DNA from: a virus
Taxonomy: Duplodnaviria > Caudoviricetes
DNA length: 37,792 nt
Reading direction: 5' to 3' (one strand)
IMG/VR virus record: IMGVR_UViG_3300036046_000021
Span: 1-37,792 of that record
Under the pieces are notes generated by a model. That model worked only from the letters and a program-made list of their open reading frames with translations. It did no database searches and had not been told where the DNA came from. Below, piece by piece: positions 35,294-37,792 of the stretch (position 1 is its first letter; each line of letters begins with the position of its first letter). The position numbers and the translations under genes are program-made.

Positions 35294-36180
35294 GTGGTAC
35301 CTCCGTTCATGCGGTTCAGTGCGTCCTCCCGGCGCTTGCTGGTCCCGTTATTTTTGATGATCTCGCAATTCCCGAGAATGCGGTCGATACAGCGGCCATC
35401 CTCATCCAGCGGCTTGCCATCCTTGTCCCGAGCAAACCATTGTTCCAGCCGATCCGGGTCGAGGTTGGTAGTGTAGATCGTCTTTTTACCCTGCCGGCCG
35501 TTGATGATGGGGAACAGCAGCGTTTTAAATTCCCAGTCCGTCAGGTTGCCGGCTCCGATCTCGTCCAGGACGATCAGGTCGGCATTGATAGCTGCCCGGA
35601 CAATTCCGTCAATCGACGCTGCCCGCTGGCTGCCGTCGTCTGAGTAAGAGCTGCGGTTGAATGTCGCCTTTGCGATCTCCACCAGCTGCGGCCAGTCCAG
35701 ATATAGGGTAGCCCATCCGTCAGAATCAAGTGAACGCTGGATTGCTCTTGCCAGATGGCTTTTACCATTGCCAGCAGTCCCGAAGAACAGCAGCCCCAGC
35801 TTCCGGCGGGTGAACTCCCGGTAAAACTCTTTGCTCTTCTCCAGCGCCTTCTCCGTCCCGGGCCGCGGCAGGAAGTTTTTGAAGCCTGCATCCCGAATGG
35901 AGTCATTGACGATGTGCCGGCTGAAGGTTTTCAAGATGTCCCGGCGACGCTCCTCTCGCTCCTTCTTCTGCTGCTCTTCCTCCCGGCGCATGGCAAGTAT
36001 GTCTGTCTCGCATTTGCAGGAGAGCGGCGGGTACAGCGTCCGCCCGAGCACCGTGTATTCCCCATATCCCAGCTCGGCCTGGCAGAAGATGCAGCAGCCC
36101 CAGATCGGACTGTCTGGCTTTTTATTCAATGACGAACTGGCTAAGACCGGAACCGCTTCGGTTAGATTGATCTGCCGCAC
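35290..36180 (-). CDS. DnaC/IstB-like helicase loader ATPase
   Basis: N-terminal CIFC/C.C, Walker A GTAGNGKS, Walker B LIVLDEIG, TIYTTNL, DRI; GTG 36180 after GGAGG. Confidence 0.92.
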   Translation of the reverse strand: MRQINLTEAVPVLASSSLNKKPDSPIWGCCIFCQAELGYGEYTVLGRTLYPPLSCKCETDILAMRREEEQQKKEREERRRDILKTFSRHIVNDSIRDAGFKNFLPRPGTEKALEKSKEFYREFTRRKLGLLFFGTAGNGKSHLARAIQRSLDSDGWATLYLDWPQLVEIAKATFNRSSYSDDGSQRAASIDGIVRAAINADLIVLDEIGAGNLTDWEFKTLLFPIINGRQGKKTIYTTNLDPDRLEQWFARDKDGKPLDEDGRCIDRILGNCEIIKNNGTSKRREDALNRMNGGTT

Positions 36181-36901
36181 CCTTATTCCCTCCCTTTGGC
36201 CGCGGCTCATTGAGATAAGCTTCAAAGTTGCCCGGCCGGAATAATGTTGATGGTCTCAGGTACTGCGCCCGGTCCGTCCCCGCCCAGGCCGCAACCTTAT
36301 TGTCAATCACGGTTTTAAAGTCTTCGAGGCTTCTTCCTTCGGTTAACCGGCCATTGATCAGCTTAGCGGTGTTTCCTGTTCCGGCTTTAAAGCGGCTGCC
36401 TGTCCTTTCGTTGAGGTAAGCAATGACCTGTTCCGGAACACTCTCGTCAGGCTTGCCTGACAATGTATTTTTTAAGTGGTTATTTATAATATGGTTATTT
36501 ATAATTAGTTCTTTATAGGGTGCATGTGGTGCACCACCCTGGTGCATGCTGTGCACCACCCCTGGTGCATCCTGTGCACCACCTAGTGCATGCTGTGCAC
36601 CACCCCGAGCAATTTTGTAAAGGTTGCTGTTGTTCTTTTCATCACCACGTCGGATGATTTTTTCGAGCAAACGATGCTCTACCAACCACTCCACACACTC
36701 AATCGCTTTCCGTCTGCTCATAGAACATTTCGCGGCGATCGTGTTATAACTCGGGAAGGCAACCGTTGAATTATTGGCACAGCGGCAGAGGTATAGAAAT
36801 ACGATTTTGGCATGCGTTCCGGCGTCGTCCCGGTCAAAAATTTCATTCGGCCCGATGAAGAACCCCGTTTCAAACGCAATGCTGCCCTCTAAATTAGTCA
36901 T
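36122..36901 (-). CDS. Replication initiator (wHTH + conserved phage C-terminal domain)
   Basis: AFPSYNTIA..CSMSRR, N.SNLY, VIAYLNE.TG..F, DFKTVID.K, YLRPSTLF..NFEAYLN. Confidence 0.92.
   Translation of the reverse strand: MTNLEGSIAFETGFFIGPNEIFDRDDAGTHAKIVFLYLCRCANNSTVAFPSYNTIAAKCSMSRRKAIECVEWLVEHRLLEKIIRRGDEKNNSNLYKIARGGAQHALGGAQDAPGVVHSMHQGGAPHAPYKELIINNHIINNHLKNTLSGKPDESVPEQVIAYLNERTGSRFKAGTGNTAKLINGRLTEGRSLEDFKTVIDNKVAAWAGTDRAQYLRPSTLFRPGNFEAYLNEPRPKGGNKGAADQSNRSGSGLSQFVIE
36477..36604. repeat. Replication origin: four iterons plus AT-rich repeats
   Basis: (G/A)GTGCATNNNGTGCACCACC at 36519, 36541, 36564, 36585; TGGTTATTTATAAT at 36477 and 36492. Confidence 0.88.
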
Positions 36902-37238
36902 TCAGTTCAGTCCTTTCATGCTGTTCACGCCGCCGCTGCGCTGCCCACTCTTTGCCTGCTGCCGAATAATCGACATAATGATGACAAGTTCCGGTGTTAA
37001 CAGATGGACCGCAGAGCATAGCGACATCATTGACGGTGGTTTCGTTCTCGATCTGCCAGCGCCGGGCCAGATGGGCACACTGTAGCCCCTCCGAACTACC
37101 GCAGCGCTCGCAGCAGCCGCCGGATCGCTCCAGCGCTGCCGCATACACTTCCTTGCTGATACGGCCACGCTGCTTAGCGGTGGGCCTGTTACGTTTGTGC
37201 CGCGGCTTAGGTACAGGGTGAAACCCAAAGCTAACCAC
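36894..37238 (-). CDS. HNH-like nuclease
   Basis: RSGGCCERCG...CAHL..R...MLCG....TCH. Confidence 0.7.
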   Translation of the reverse strand: MVSFGFHPVPKPRHKRNRPTAKQRGRISKEVYAAALERSGGCCERCGSSEGLQCAHLARRWQIENETTVNDVAMLCGPSVNTGTCHHYVDYSAAGKEWAAQRRREQHERTELND

Positions 37239-37398
37239 GACGCACCCCGCCGAACATGTAGCGATTCAGACACTTAAAACCGCAGCATAATGAATTTCCG
37301 TAACGTACTACAGACTGGCCGGCCAGGATAACCCGGCGGCAAGAAGGATCGGCACACGTGCCAACAATGACGATTTTTTCCTTATCGTCGATTTTCAT
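37231..37398 (-). CDS. 55-aa Cys-rich protein
   Basis: GGAGG SD; GTCADPSC...CCGFKC; 3' part of track ORF 37231..37605. Confidence 0.7.
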   Translation of the reverse strand: MKIDDKEKIVIVGTCADPSCRRVILAGQSVVRYGNSLCCGFKCLNRYMFGGVRRG

Positions 37399-37490
37399 TG
37401 ATTTTCCCTCCAATCCCTGATAGACTGACGTTAAATAATTTTTTCTAAAGCTACAGTCCGCGGCTCCTACCCCGTCGGGCTGTTTTTCGT

Positions 37491-37510
37491 TTGTCCACAG
37501 ATTATCCACA
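37491..37510 (+). promoter_or_regulatory. Tandem DnaA boxes
   Basis: TTGTCCACA (37491) and perfect TTATCCACA (37502). Confidence 0.5.
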
Positions 37511-37681
37511 GTTTGCGGCAATCTCGGCCGGGCTGCTCCAGATCGTGAGGAGCTCGTCCCGGTAGTACCGGAACATCTGAATAGCATGCTGCTCATTCGT
37601 TTCATCTCCCCGCATTTTGGCGTCCTTGCTGGCCTCCAGCCAGCAGCGCATTTGATACCTGCATTCTCTGGCGTTTTTCAT
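37502..37681 (-). CDS. Small hypothetical protein
   Basis: ATGA overlap with antirepressor stop. Confidence 0.65.
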   Translation of the reverse strand: MKNARECRYQMRCWLEASKDAKMRGDETNEQHAIQMFRYYRDELLTIWSSPAEIAANCG

Positions 37682-37792
37682 GCCCATCCCTCACCTTTGA
37701 ATTTATTGATAAAGTAGATTTGGCCTTTGCCGGTGACTTTGGTTGTTTTGGTAATCCGGCTGCTCCCATCAGGATTGATGATCGTCCGTGTG
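37678..37792 (-). CDS. Antirepressor C-terminus (continuation of 1..652)
   Basis: TRTIINPDGSSRITKTTKVTGKGQIYFINKF...*, canonical KilAC/ANT C-terminus. Confidence 0.92.
   Translation of the reverse strand, partial: TRTIINPDGSSRITKTTKVTGKGQIYFINKFKGEGWA

Larger units (their letters stand above)
1..37792. mobile_element. Near-complete temperate siphovirus genome (cos-type, HK97-like head), circularly permuted/excised form
   Basis: Complete lysogeny, replication, packaging, head, tail and lysis modules; no intact host genes; both window ends lie in one antirepressor gene; attP intact internally. Confidence 0.95.

Noticed and set aside
36519-36604. CRISPR-like mini-array
   Set aside because: Repeats are nearly contiguous with no spacers and lie in the initiator gene; they are iterons
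1-37792. tRNA, rRNA, introns or IS elements
   Set aside because: None recognised by eye; tRNAscan/Infernal not run

Overview
The window is essentially one complete ~37.8-kb temperate siphovirus genome of a Bacillota host, most likely Paenibacillaceae (inferred from gene content). It is circularly permuted in its excised form. Both ends fall inside the same BRO-N/KilAC antirepressor gene, and an intact attP (arm repeats plus a copy of the 3' end of rpsI) lies internally next to the integrase. Modules in order: immunity (ImmR-like repressor, Cro-like HTH, LexA-boxed ImmA protease, tyrosine integrase); post-lysis accessory genes; lysis (holin, amidase, XhlA-like protein); tail (TMP, Dit, depolymerase-like RBP, Tal) with two morons; HK97-type head with cos packaging (HNH, TerS, TerL, portal, Clp protease, capsid); a sigma-like late activator; an early accessory array (C5 methyltransferase, DUF5131, etc.); and a lambda-like replication module with iterons. 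The most novel signal is a ~48-bp element built from GNA-triloop mini-hairpins around a conserved core, present twice and bracketing the 6.8-kb accessory array. Also notable are a HEPN-like moron inside the tail operon, a secreted moron sharing the endolysin's C-terminal domain, a YfdP/YfdQ-like pair, and a cluster of beta-clamp-binding motifs. All family calls are from motif recognition by eye, not database searches.
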